This document shows, piece by piece, positions 29,789-39,195 of a DNA stretch of 64,000 nucleotides (the first letter of the stretch is position 1; the number at the start of each line of letters is the position of its first letter). The translations under genes and the position numbers were made by a program. This DNA comes from a virus (taxonomy: Duplodnaviria; Caudoviricetes), in IMG/VR virus record IMGVR_UViG_3300010163_000014, positions 1-64,000 of that record; one strand, 5' to 3'. The notes under the pieces were generated by a model, which worked only from the letters and a program-made list of their open reading frames with translations, searched no databases and had not been told where the DNA came from.

Positions 29789-29974
29789 ATGGGAGCTCAG
29801 TCTTTTGTGCCAGCCTTGCAGAATATGATACTTTGGACATTCTCAATTGGAATGGGAGTCACAGTATTAAGTATCATCAAAAGAGAATTTACAGTCTGCA
29901 AGATTGGTCTTGGTATGGCGGGTGCATCCATGGTTGTTGCACTTTTTGGATATCTCATAGAGATAGCACCATAA
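29789..29974 (+). CDS. Small two-helix membrane protein (61 aa)
   Basis: GGAGG RBS; hydrophobic. Confidence 0.6.
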   Translation: MGAQSFVPALQNMILWTFSIGMGVTVLSIIKREFTVCKIGLGMAGASMVVALFGYLIEIAP

Positions 29975-30017
29975 ATTATATTCTTTTCGAAATCTTGTAA
30001 TGGGAGTATAGAGAAAC

Positions 30018-30347
30018 ATGAATGAGAATACAATAAGAGTCCTGTTCGTTGCAGCGATTGCTCTTTTGGCCATTTCCCTCATATTGGTTATCATTTCGGT
30101 GGTTTCCTTTATGAAGGCAAAGAAGCTCTATGCCGATAGTACGAAGCCTGTCATAAAGACTGAGAGCGAGATCTCCAACTTTGAACTGCTCAAGCTTTAT
30201 TATGATTACGTACATGCGTCAAAATATCTTGAATCACAACAGTGCCTTTCTGCTATGAGGAGAAGATGTCCCTATGCTGAGTCTTGTACTCACGAAGTCA
30301 AGATGTGCCCTGTCTGTCAGCGGTTCAATAAGTATGCTCCGAAATAA
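30018..30347 (+). CDS. Membrane-anchored protein with a C-terminal Cys cluster
   Basis: N-terminal TM helix; CPYAESC...CPVC. Confidence 0.7.
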   Translation: MNENTIRVLFVAAIALLAISLILVIISVVSFMKAKKLYADSTKPVIKTESEISNFELLKLYYDYVHASKYLESQQCLSAMRRRCPYAESCTHEVKMCPVCQRFNKYAPK

Positions 30348-30384
30348 AAAGAAAGAGGGCGGTGGAAGTAACCACCGCCCTTTT

Positions 30385-30768
30385 TTATAATGGATTCTTT
30401 ACATAACTCGCCAGATATTTTTTAACTGTTCTGGCAATATATGAAATGACTGCTTCATAAGTCATGTAATGAGTGAGAGAATTCATCAAATCATCTGAGA
30501 TCTTACTGATGATTCGTTTTGATAGATCATTATAAAAATTTTCAAAATTTGCATTTGTGATAGCTTTTTTATGCTCAAAGACATCTGTCTCATATAGCTC
30601 AATTTCAGATTTCACAATCATAGATAAAACTTCCCATGATTCTTCAAAAGACATTCTGAATGTCTTTTTCTTATAGGAAGCATAGACCAAGTTCAGATAC
30701 ACATAAAGTGCAAAAATAAGTACGATCACCACAAAGAGAATTATAATCAGAATCCAATAAGGTTTCAT
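30385..30768 (-). CDS. Membrane-anchored hypothetical protein
   Basis: GAGGAG RBS before ATG at 30768 (MKPYWILII...); N-terminal TM helix. Confidence 0.7.
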   Translation of the reverse strand: MKPYWILIIILFVVIVLIFALYVYLNLVYASYKKKTFRMSFEESWEVLSMIVKSEIELYETDVFEHKKAITNANFENFYNDLSKRIISKISDDLMNSLTHYMTYEAVISYIARTVKKYLASYVKNPL

Positions 30769-30926
30769 TCTTTGATCTCCTCTAAGAAACAAACAGAGGC
30801 GGGAGGATTACCATTATAACGTTCCCATGCCTTTTTTGTCCCCTCTACCTCATTGGGAGCTTCAATTGGTGCAGTATCTGTTTTTATGATCTGGGTATGA
30901 TCATACCAATGAACCCAATACTTCAT
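30765..30926 (-). CDS. Small hypothetical protein (53 aa), absent from the ORF track
   Basis: AAGGAGG RBS; MKYWVHWYDHTQ...; ATGA overlap with the next gene. Confidence 0.6.
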   Translation of the reverse strand: MKYWVHWYDHTQIIKTDTAPIEAPNEVEGTKKAWERYNGNPPASVCFLEEIKE

Positions 30927-31062
30927 AAAAAGTTCCTCCTTAAGATATTACCTCGGTGTAATGATATAATATTTTTATATAAGACCAGGGTTATAATATC
31001 ATAATATCAGATATTGTAACTCTGGTATATGAAAAATTCTATCATGTTAAAGGAGAATCACA

Positions 31063-31737
31063 ATGGAAGTCATCAATCGTAAAAGCTTCAACATCGAAGA
31101 CGTAGGCGATCCCGCTCAGGCTCTGAAGGGATACGTCTCCAGTGCACAGACCTACGAGTTCGTTCTCGGTAACGAGATTGTTATCGGGACCATCAAGGAT
31201 GTTAATCCTATCTATGAAAAGAGCAACCCCGATGTCGACGAGTATGACAAGCTGACCGACTACAAAATCACTCTGTATCCTATCTGGACTGAACTGGGAC
31301 CTGTCGACACAGAGCGGGAGCTGTATCTGAACGACGTCGGTACTGCTACCCAGGTCTATGTTCGCATGAACAGTAAGGTTCCCCGCAAGTCCCGTGGGCA
31401 GGGCCAGCATAGCTGGGTCTTCCGTTTCCCCGGCCGTGATATCACGGTGAGCAAGGAGGATTTCGTGAAGGTCTGCTATTACAAGAAAGGTACCAAGCAG
31501 CCCGATGATCGCGTGGTCGTCTATGGCTACATCCAGGATGTCACTAATGAACATGCTGTGATCAAGGCTGCTCATGCATACAACGGCATTTTCAGCTTTG
31601 GTACTACCAAGGTTGATCTGGTCAACGTATATGCCGCGTTCATTGCTGGAGTTGACTTCAGCGTCTTCAATTCCAACTTCAAGGCCGAGAAGAACGCCAA
31701 GGATAAGGCTGAGAAGGAAAAGAAAGAGGACAAATAA
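31063..31737 (+). CDS. Hypothetical protein (224 aa), GC3-rich
   Basis: AAAGGAG RBS; leader hairpin upstream; terminator downstream. Confidence 0.8.
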   Translation: MEVINRKSFNIEDVGDPAQALKGYVSSAQTYEFVLGNEIVIGTIKDVNPIYEKSNPDVDEYDKLTDYKITLYPIWTELGPVDTERELYLNDVGTATQVYVRMNSKVPRKSRGQGQHSWVFRFPGRDITVSKEDFVKVCYYKKGTKQPDDRVVVYGYIQDVTNEHAVIKAAHAYNGIFSFGTTKVDLVNVYAAFIAGVDFSVFNSNFKAEKNAKDKAEKEKKEDK

Positions 31738-31872
31738 GAACTTACTTATAACCGAACATCCCCTCAAGGGGAAATAGGTTTTAGTCTTACAAAAGCCTTC
31801 TGCGACCTAACAAGCCCAGAAGCAATTAAAGAGAGTACTGTGGAGTGATGAACCACAGTACTCTCTTTTTTA

Positions 31873-32358
31873 TCATTTCGGAGTATGATACTTATTTTCG
31901 GTATCTGACTTAACCAGATTATCAGGTACTTTGACGTACTTATTGATCTGGGACTTCGGATGAATCGTCACAGGGAGATTCTCTTTCTGAATGACTTTAA
32001 TAATATTTTTTGCAAGCTCAGCCTTCCATTCAGGATTACAATAATGGAAGAACTGGATTGCCCTACTTACTAGTTCATGAGTAACCTCTTTATTACCCTT
32101 TACAACCAGAGGGTACTTCCTGCTCTTGGGAATACCAAAGGCACTGTCAGGAAGGGAATCCCGAGTTTGCTTATCGATGATATGACCTTTCGGCTTTGTC
32201 CCACCCTTAGTATTGGTAGCCTCAGTGGCAATTGTAAAAACGTTACTCAGAACTGCATCAAGGGCAGCCTCCAGAACGGTGTCATATTGCTCTTCCATTG
32301 CATATGCTTCAGTGTCTCTGTTCAGAGATTGAAGCAATCCGATATTTTTATCCAACAC
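31873..32358 (-). CDS. Hypothetical protein with an LPDSAFG-x5-KYPL motif (DUF6582-like)
   Basis: LPDSAFGIPKSRKYPL...SRAIQFF motif recalled from jumbo-phage proteins; not searched. Confidence 0.6.
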   Translation of the reverse strand: MLDKNIGLLQSLNRDTEAYAMEEQYDTVLEAALDAVLSNVFTIATEATNTKGGTKPKGHIIDKQTRDSLPDSAFGIPKSRKYPLVVKGNKEVTHELVSRAIQFFHYCNPEWKAELAKNIIKVIQKENLPVTIHPKSQINKYVKVPDNLVKSDTENKYHTPK

Positions 32359-32424
32359 GAATTACCTCGCTTTCAGTATTTATTGGCACAGGTAGATAGT
32401 AAATTATAGGTTTTGTTAAAAACA

Positions 32425-32694
32425 CAAAAAGAGAGTGCTAATGGTTATTAGTGACTTCTGCCTGTATAAATGTAAGCCCATATCCTATAAGTATACAGCA
32501 ATAACCATTAGCACTCTTTGACAGTACGCGGAATATAATGTCATATGAGACTGTACGAGATCATTTCATGAAAAGTTTGGAAAAGAAACGAGACGGCTTG
32601 AACAGTAGGAGGTTCGACCTTAGGCGGTTGTCTTTTTATAAGGAGAAAACTCTTCATGAAATGATGTCATTGTACCTTTCATCCAGTACTGTTT
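32425..32694 (-). ncRNA. Candidate rod-shaped small RNA with two anti-SD motifs in its loop
   Basis: AACA-N6-TA (32694-32705, minus); ACAGUAC/GUACUGU closing stem; 19-bp stem with a G-U pair only on the minus strand; loop carries CUCCUU and ACCUCCUA; 18-bp terminator stem (about 32433-32517). Confidence 0.5.
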
Positions 32695-32703
32695 ACCGCA
32701 GTG

Positions 32704-33354
32704 TTAGATCTTGATATAACGTTTAATCCAGTCAATATCCAAGTATCCACGATCAAAACTTTTACCGAAGTTTGAATTCTCACATAGATTCAGATAATTC
32801 CATATCTTGTACTTCTGCTCATCCTGTAGATAGGGAGCATATAGTTTGATGAATGCATCCACATTACCAATACCTTGATTGATATGAGTAAATAGGTCTC
32901 GATTTGAGATTGCCTCATGATTGGTTACAGTCAACATGATGATCTGTACTCTGAGAGCAAAATGCTCATCGAGAACTTTATTAGCTACTCGGAAGGTATT
33001 AATGGGAGTGCCAGTTTTGATAAAAAAGTTTAAGATTACCTCTACAACATCATACAGAGTGAAGAGAGGCCCATGATGCATTTCAATCGTCGCCATATCA
33101 TCTGTGATCTTAGAGGACACTTGGCAAAAGTTAATTCCAAGAGTCCTCTTGATATAACGAACGAACTCATTGTAATCATCGGAATGTCGAACCAATTTCT
33201 CTACTTCTTTGATAAACTTGCTATAATTTGTAGAATCAAAAAAGTATTCGGCATCTTTGATATATGAAACAGAATCAAACTGGTCATCATTTGCAGTGAC
33301 CAGCTTTGTAATGTCACCGTTATATTTGATATTAGGCAAATTCATCCTAAACAC
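32704..33354 (-). CDS. Hypothetical protein with an HNH-like IEMHHGP motif (paralog of 39196-39891)
   Basis: C-x11-IEMHHGPLFTLYDVV; AACA-N6-TA upstream (33377-33388). Confidence 0.7.
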   Translation of the reverse strand: MFRMNLPNIKYNGDITKLVTANDDQFDSVSYIKDAEYFFDSTNYSKFIKEVEKLVRHSDDYNEFVRYIKRTLGINFCQVSSKITDDMATIEMHHGPLFTLYDVVEVILNFFIKTGTPINTFRVANKVLDEHFALRVQIIMLTVTNHEAISNRDLFTHINQGIGNVDAFIKLYAPYLQDEQKYKIWNYLNLCENSNFGKSFDRGYLDIDWIKRYIKI

Positions 33355-33508
33355 CCACTTTCATTGGTCCGTATATTAAAACTGTGTTTTGCGTAAGGAT
33401 TCCTTACACCTAATATTTATTTAAATCTATATCGGATAATACAATATTATAGTGAAGCAAGTTGAGAAATCGATGAGCTTTATCATACTTTAAGGAGGAT
33501 TCATAGCT

Positions 33509-33694
33509 ATGAAGAAGTTCCTAACTGCAAAGAATGGTCTGTATGCTGCATCTGCTCTGTCTATCGCTGCTGGTGTGGCGGGCATCGTACTCAATGCCAA
33601 GTTCTGTGACGATGCTGATGATGTGGTCCCCGTTGATGACGATGAGATCATGCCCAATGATCCCTTCGCCGATGCCGAGGCCGATCAGACTTAA
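33509..33694 (+). CDS. Small membrane-anchored acidic protein (61 aa)
   Basis: AAGGAGG RBS; TM helix plus acidic tail; terminator follows. Confidence 0.7.
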   Translation: MKKFLTAKNGLYAASALSIAAGVAGIVLNAKFCDDADDVVPVDDDEIMPNDPFADAEADQT

Positions 33695-33775
33695 TCAATG
33701 CAAACATAAAAAAGAGGGTGCTGGAGAAATTCGGCACCCTCTTTTTTATGTTTCATCCTAATACAACATTTCGAT

Positions 33776-34100
33776 AAGTGCAGTAGGCGCGCACTTTTGC
33801 GAGATGCAGTACAGAGGATAGTAGAGCGGTCACTCTGCTATCCTCGCTCTCTAACATCTCGTTCTCAATGCTCGGAATGATTATCTTTTAATATAATGTC
33901 GGTAGTTCCGCAGGATGGTGTCGGCAGCGGTCCTCGCTGTCTGATTTCGTGTTCAATCACGTATGGTCGTTCCAGACATAAGTTTGTTGTGACTCTGTTG
34001 AGTCGTGTGAATGTGTTTTTATTACCCTCACCAAAATGACCTTACTGCGGAATTTCCATAAAAAAGAGAGTGTAGGATTAACTTCCTACACTCTCTTTTA
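33776..34100 (+). ncRNA. Candidate ~300-nt structured ncRNA
   Basis: AACA-N6-TA at 33765-33776; several stems with G-U pairs on the plus strand; no ORF in the track; ends at terminator 34059-34100. Confidence 0.5.
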
Positions 34101-34844
34101 AAACAAATATTGGATCAGGGGAATGATGATGTTTTCGTAATTGTATTTGATATTAACATTTTTGAGTGTCTCATCATCGATATGGTTTAGAGACATCACA
34201 CTTCCATCTGACATGATGACTGGATATGCAGAGCTACCATTGAATTCTCGATATGATTCTAGATTTAGTTCTCGGTTCTTATATGCCGAGACATAATCTT
34301 TGCAATATCGATGTAGTCCTTCCATGTCGTAGTCAAACTCTTCAAGGAAGTCTTTGATAAAACCGAGAATTCCATTCTGATGTAAAGGAAGTAATGAGTT
34401 ATCAATTCCTTTCACATCAAATGTACCATCCTCTTTTAGATAGAACTCCATGCCATTCAGGAGTAGAAATGCCACATATGCGCTCTTTGGTCTAAAGACA
34501 CAATAATGACCAATCGTTGTAACTTTCGGATTCTTAGCCCTGACAAAGACAGCATCTCTCTTAATTGAGATCACGTCATCTTCTTCAAGACCATTCTCGG
34601 AGATAAACCGTTCTATGATCAGATTAAAGGAATCTTCCATCTGTTTGGCAAGATCTTTTTGTTTTCTTTGCATATTTCCAACTCGACGTTCCCGAGTATC
34701 TTTATCCAGAGTTTCTAATTTATCAATGACCTTATCAGGTGCAAGACCAAATTCCCTCATGATTGAGGTGTTTGCAGATTTCATATCCCACTCTATAATA
34801 GAGGTATGAGTAATCAGAGGGTTATTCTTATTGGTCCTGAACAT
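34098..34844 (-). CDS. Small DNA-polymerase palm-like protein
   Basis: Motif-A-like IIEWDMKSAN and motif-C-like ISIKRDAVFV. Confidence 0.5.
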   Translation of the reverse strand: MFRTNKNNPLITHTSIIEWDMKSANTSIMREFGLAPDKVIDKLETLDKDTRERRVGNMQRKQKDLAKQMEDSFNLIIERFISENGLEEDDVISIKRDAVFVRAKNPKVTTIGHYCVFRPKSAYVAFLLLNGMEFYLKEDGTFDVKGIDNSLLPLHQNGILGFIKDFLEEFDYDMEGLHRYCKDYVSAYKNRELNLESYREFNGSSAYPVIMSDGSVMSLNHIDDETLKNVNIKYNYENIIIPLIQYLF

Positions 34845-35214
34845 CTGCCAAATGAGGGAATTGTCTAATCAAATTATTGATAATTTGATTGACTCGATCA
34901 AAGTCATCTCCAAGAGCTTTACTAACAGGGAAGTTGAATCCTTCTTCCCCCTCTTTGAAGTAATCCTTCAAAAGATTATCAAGGACATAGATATCCATAT
35001 CCATGGATGATTTTAACTGATTCCAAGCATACTCTGGATTAAAAGATGCAATAAAGGCAACGATAGGTGCAACTTTACCCATGACATTGCACTGAGGCCA
35101 AGGCATTGAGTTGAAGGGATGTTGTTTGGAATATTCATCCCTAATCCAGATACAGTGCTTCCGAGTCATCTCTTTGATTCTGGGATTATCCTGAGCAATA
35201 TAGGTCTCTTCCAT
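34828..35214 (-). CDS. Hypothetical protein
   Basis: AAAGGAG RBS before ATG at 35214. Confidence 0.7.
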   Translation of the reverse strand: MEETYIAQDNPRIKEMTRKHCIWIRDEYSKQHPFNSMPWPQCNVMGKVAPIVAFIASFNPEYAWNQLKSSMDMDIYVLDNLLKDYFKEGEEGFNFPVSKALGDDFDRVNQIINNLIRQFPHLADVQDQ

Positions 35215-35295
35215 AAAGATAAGGACTCCTTTCAAAAAGATTAACATTGATGTTTAAAGGGGAGGGTGGATTTTGACTCCACCCTCCCCTTCTTT

Positions 35296-35895
35296 TTAAT
35301 TCTTATCGAGCTTATACTTCTTGGCGATCTTCGGGATCCTCATTCGGAGAGTATCCATCTTCTTATCCTTCAGGTCTTTTGTCAGGAGCTTCTTATTCTC
35401 CCTCAGTTCAGACTCAGACCTGATGAACGGGAACTCCACATCCATGAGCTTATAGAAATGCTCCAGGATAGCATCTCCCATGACCCGATATACCTTCTTC
35501 GGGACCACAATGAAGATATTCCTTTGCTTGTCATAGCTCCCGGAGGCATTGGGAGAGATCTCCATGGTGAACCCCTTTACCGCAGATAGCATCGCAGCGA
35601 TCACTTCAGGACTGTTGAAGTAATCCTCCAACATATCCTGAGTTTTCCAGCTATACCGGGGCTTCTCACCCTTTTCCATATTCTCCTGCTCTTTGGCCAT
35701 GGCACTGAGCAGACGATTATGGGGTGTGAATGCCCCATTTACAACACAGTTGTTATACTTCCCGGCGATATTTCCCTTCGCCGCATCATCATCAATGGAT
35801 CCAGCATCACATCCATCGATGATGACATAGTCACGGACCTTCAGCCATTGCTTGGCATACTTATCGAATCCCTTTGTAGAGACCAGGAACATCAT
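35296..35895 (-). CDS. Hypothetical protein (199 aa)
   Basis: ORF in a minus-strand operon. Confidence 0.75.
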   Translation of the reverse strand: MMFLVSTKGFDKYAKQWLKVRDYVIIDGCDAGSIDDDAAKGNIAGKYNNCVVNGAFTPHNRLLSAMAKEQENMEKGEKPRYSWKTQDMLEDYFNSPEVIAAMLSAVKGFTMEISPNASGSYDKQRNIFIVVPKKVYRVMGDAILEHFYKLMDVEFPFIRSESELRENKKLLTKDLKDKKMDTLRMRIPKIAKKYKLDKN

Positions 35896-35911
35896 GACTT
35901 ACTTACCCCTT

Positions 35912-36781
35912 TCAATCTACATATAGCTTGGCAATTGCCTGCTCCAGCTTTCTAAAGTCAATTCCATCCAACCCATTGATCCTCTGAAGAATTTCATCTT
36001 CTTTTTCCATGATTGTCATATCCATTCGTCTAAAGATCTCCACCGGAGTATACTCCAGACGACATTGAGCATTCTCACACCTGAATTTGGTGAAAGACGG
36101 ATTCCATTCAATCTTTGCACCACATGTCGGACATCTAAATAGATCTCTCGACTGACCTAATAGAGGATACATATATCCATAATCCAGAATGATTAAATCT
36201 CTCGGAACTCCATCACCAAACTGATTCGTTCTCTTTACTGCTATATCTTCACCCTCTGGGATTCGATAGCCCCAGTTACAAAAGTTTTTCGCGATAAATC
36301 CAATATCATTAAACAGATAAGATTCAGCTAGACCAGCCAGAATTGTCTTGATATTTGCTTCTTGATTTAGAAAGTCTGGTTTAGTCATGATATCAACACA
36401 TTCGGAGATGTTTATCATCAGATTTGTTTCATACGTTTTAGCCAATAAATGAGGAAGTTCTTGACTTCTTTTGAATTCGACGTAGTTGTCCTGGTAGCCT
36501 CTGCGATCCAATGCAATCTTAATGGCAAATCCATTATGCATCAGAGTGATTCGATTTGTACCAGTTCCTAACTCTATGAAGTCAGGCGGAGGGAGTATTT
36601 TAGTAATGATACTCGCCTTTTGATTGTTGTCCGGAAGATCAGGTCTCAGACTGTGCAGAAATAATGTTTTCAGAGTTTTCTGATCAAAGAAATGATTGGT
36701 TAGACTATCGGGTCTCTGATCACTTAATTTAGCTGATACCTCAGCATTTGCATTAGCAAAGAACGGGACAAACGATGCCAT
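35912..36781 (-). CDS. Protein-kinase-like protein with a C-terminal Zn ribbon
   Basis: LGTGTNR Gly loop, AIKIA lysine, DNYVE helix C, FNDIG...NWG catalytic-loop-like segment, ILDYG (DFG-like); CPTCG...C-x4-C. Confidence 0.7.
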   Translation of the reverse strand: MASFVPFFANANAEVSAKLSDQRPDSLTNHFFDQKTLKTLFLHSLRPDLPDNNQKASIITKILPPPDFIELGTGTNRITLMHNGFAIKIALDRRGYQDNYVEFKRSQELPHLLAKTYETNLMINISECVDIMTKPDFLNQEANIKTILAGLAESYLFNDIGFIAKNFCNWGYRIPEGEDIAVKRTNQFGDGVPRDLIILDYGYMYPLLGQSRDLFRCPTCGAKIEWNPSFTKFRCENAQCRLEYTPVEIFRRMDMTIMEKEDEILQRINGLDGIDFRKLEQAIAKLYVD

Positions 36782-36790
36782 TTTGACCTC

Positions 36791-38017
36791 CTACTCCCAG
36801 TTTCTCAGTCGGTCTGAAAGGCTGATGAGTTCTCCATCGGGATCTCTAAAGAGAGTAGAACCATTATTCAGTGCTTGAGACATGATTCGAGCAGCATCAT
36901 ATTCAGCTTGCTGTCTCTTCTTCTCCATCTTCACTGCCTTCTTCTGCTCTTTCTTCAGCCTCTTCAATTCATCTTTACTCATAGGCCCGGCAGTTCTGGA
37001 ACCAAGCTTACGCTCCAGCATTCTAACCGCAGTCTTGGGTAAACCAGTTCTCTTTGCAAATCCTTTATTGATTTCAACATAATAGCCTTGATCCATCAGA
37101 TAGCTGTACAGTTCTGTCAACTCTGCTGTATGCAGATCAGTAAATCTACCGTTGATATAAGTGACAGGTTTAGAACCGGCCTCTCTATCTTCGATGACTT
37201 CTTCTTGCCAGAACATGTACTTATCCTGGTCAGCCATAAGTTCAACCAAGGATTTATCTTCTTGATATTCACCCTTGGAATCATACTTGTATACAGTGGT
37301 AGAGGACATGAAGTTTGCGATCGCGTCCAATCCAAACATCGTCCCACCATTACGCTTATAGATTCCCTGCTTACGAAACGAGATGATTTGATGTTCAAAG
37401 ATAGAGATGATCTGTTTGCGCTGTTTCTTCGGCATCTTATTGATATCTGCCTCGAATTCTTCATCATCCATCTCACTAATATCTTCTTCAATGGGAGTAT
37501 AAGCATCATAGATTTCCCTAAATTGCTCAGGAGTAAATTTAGGTGGATCTGGTTTAATTGGAGGAGCCCCAATCTGAAGCAACTTCCGATTCTTCTTACT
37601 ATTTTTCAGCACAGGTTTTCTGGGTAAGACCGCTGGGATAATCTTCTCCCGTAATCCTACCTTTACCCATGCTTTGCTTCCATAGATTTCGACCAACCTT
37701 TGAAGCTCATCGTTATAGATATCCATTGCTTCGGCCCAGTCATAATACGAAGGATATTTATGACGTAAAGTCCGAATCTCTGGAGATGAACTCTCTAAGA
37801 TGATAGCACGGGAGATATAATCGTCATCTTCAAATGAATTCTGCATCGGAGTCCATAGATAATCCGGGAACATATCTGTCCCAAGATCCTCTACGGCATC
37901 GAATGTTAGATCCGCCATATACTGATACCACTGGTCATTGGTCATGTGGTCTCTAGGACTATCTTTGACTGTCCTAAATTCCAGATAGGCAGATTCATCA
38001 CCCATAAGAGGATTCAA
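36791..38017 (-). CDS. Hypothetical protein (408 aa)
   Basis: AAAGGAGG RBS; GATATATTATT upstream on the minus strand (38069-38079). Confidence 0.75.
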   Translation of the reverse strand: MNPLMGDESAYLEFRTVKDSPRDHMTNDQWYQYMADLTFDAVEDLGTDMFPDYLWTPMQNSFEDDDYISRAIILESSSPEIRTLRHKYPSYYDWAEAMDIYNDELQRLVEIYGSKAWVKVGLREKIIPAVLPRKPVLKNSKKNRKLLQIGAPPIKPDPPKFTPEQFREIYDAYTPIEEDISEMDDEEFEADINKMPKKQRKQIISIFEHQIISFRKQGIYKRNGGTMFGLDAIANFMSSTTVYKYDSKGEYQEDKSLVELMADQDKYMFWQEEVIEDREAGSKPVTYINGRFTDLHTAELTELYSYLMDQGYYVEINKGFAKRTGLPKTAVRMLERKLGSRTAGPMSKDELKRLKKEQKKAVKMEKKRQQAEYDAARIMSQALNNGSTLFRDPDGELISLSDRLRNWE

Positions 38018-38237
38018 TTAACATCCCTCCTTTCCAAGGACATAATAACTCAGCTCAACTTCCACTGAAATAATATATCTATCAAACATACATTTAGGAA
38101 CTCCAGTGAGGAAAAGTGGAGCGCGCATACTTGGCGGGGTGCGTAGAGAGGGAGCCTCACTTGAGAGAATATAAATATCTTGGTATAACTGGCCAAGAGA
38201 AAAAGAGAGATTGGTGAAAAACACCAATCTCTCTTTT

Positions 38238-38723
38238 TTATTCCATAAATGTCTCAATCTCGTAATCGTCAACATGCTCTTCATCAGCGTAGGGGTCATA
38301 GATAAATTTGCGATAAAAGTCTCCCAAATTATCTATGTCATCCTTAAAGATAGCTACCAACGAGTCAGTTACCTTTTGGATGGCATCACTGATTTTCCGA
38401 TCTGATCGAATCTTAGCCTCATTGACATAGATTACGATATATCTCCTAGATACTAGATGGAGGTCAAGATCTCCCCCACCAATCAAAAGAAAAATACCCT
38501 GCATAGGGTCTAGAGTTTCAGTTTTACACAGAACACCAACGGCCATTGTACCGCTGGCAATGGCATTCCGTTTTCTGGTGTTCGGTGGATATGTAGAATC
38601 AATATTACGGAGAATGTCGGATAGAGATAGATCCGTAATATCGAGGTTAATCTGGGTAAAAATAATTTCTTTTACAGACTCAGGTAGGAATGTCTTCAAG
38701 AATTCCTCCTTGGAACCAATCAT
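38238..38723 (-). CDS. Hypothetical protein (161 aa)
   Basis: AAAGGAG RBS. Confidence 0.75.
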   Translation of the reverse strand: MIGSKEEFLKTFLPESVKEIIFTQINLDITDLSLSDILRNIDSTYPPNTRKRNAIASGTMAVGVLCKTETLDPMQGIFLLIGGGDLDLHLVSRRYIVIYVNEAKIRSDRKISDAIQKVTDSLVAIFKDDIDNLGDFYRKFIYDPYADEEHVDDYEIETFME

Positions 38724-38836
38724 ACCGTTTCATCTCCTTTATCTAGATATTGAAATTCAGTTTATTTAATTTATATGTAGTATAAAGAAAAATAACTACG
38801 GATACTAGTTTTGTCTAGTATCCGTAGTTTTAATAC

Positions 38837-39163
38837 TTATTCCTGTGAGGTAAATTCCTCTTTGATATCAGCAAGATCATTTTTAGCAACTAGTGCAGGG
38901 TTAGATGAGTCCATGATATGATAAGTTCCATTTTTTAGTTCAAAGATGGTTTCATCTGCGCAGAACTTAGCATCCGGTGCATTGACAAGGCAACTCATCG
39001 TAGAGAATAACCCATGAGGATCTACGTATTCTGCATTGTACTTGTGGGTGGTTCTGTACTCTAGCATTAGATCCATTGCATCTTCCACCGTACCATTAAA
39101 ATCATCTGGAAGAATAAAGGTTAGTTCATGAATACGTAGAAACTTCTTGGGAACAGTATTCAT
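38837..39163 (-). CDS. Hypothetical protein (108 aa)
   Basis: GGAGG RBS. Confidence 0.7.
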   Translation of the reverse strand: MNTVPKKFLRIHELTFILPDDFNGTVEDAMDLMLEYRTTHKYNAEYVDPHGLFSTMSCLVNAPDAKFCADETIFELKNGTYHIMDSSNPALVAKNDLADIKEEFTSQE

Positions 39164-39195
39164 GGCAATCGCCTCCGTAGATAATCCGCGGTTGG

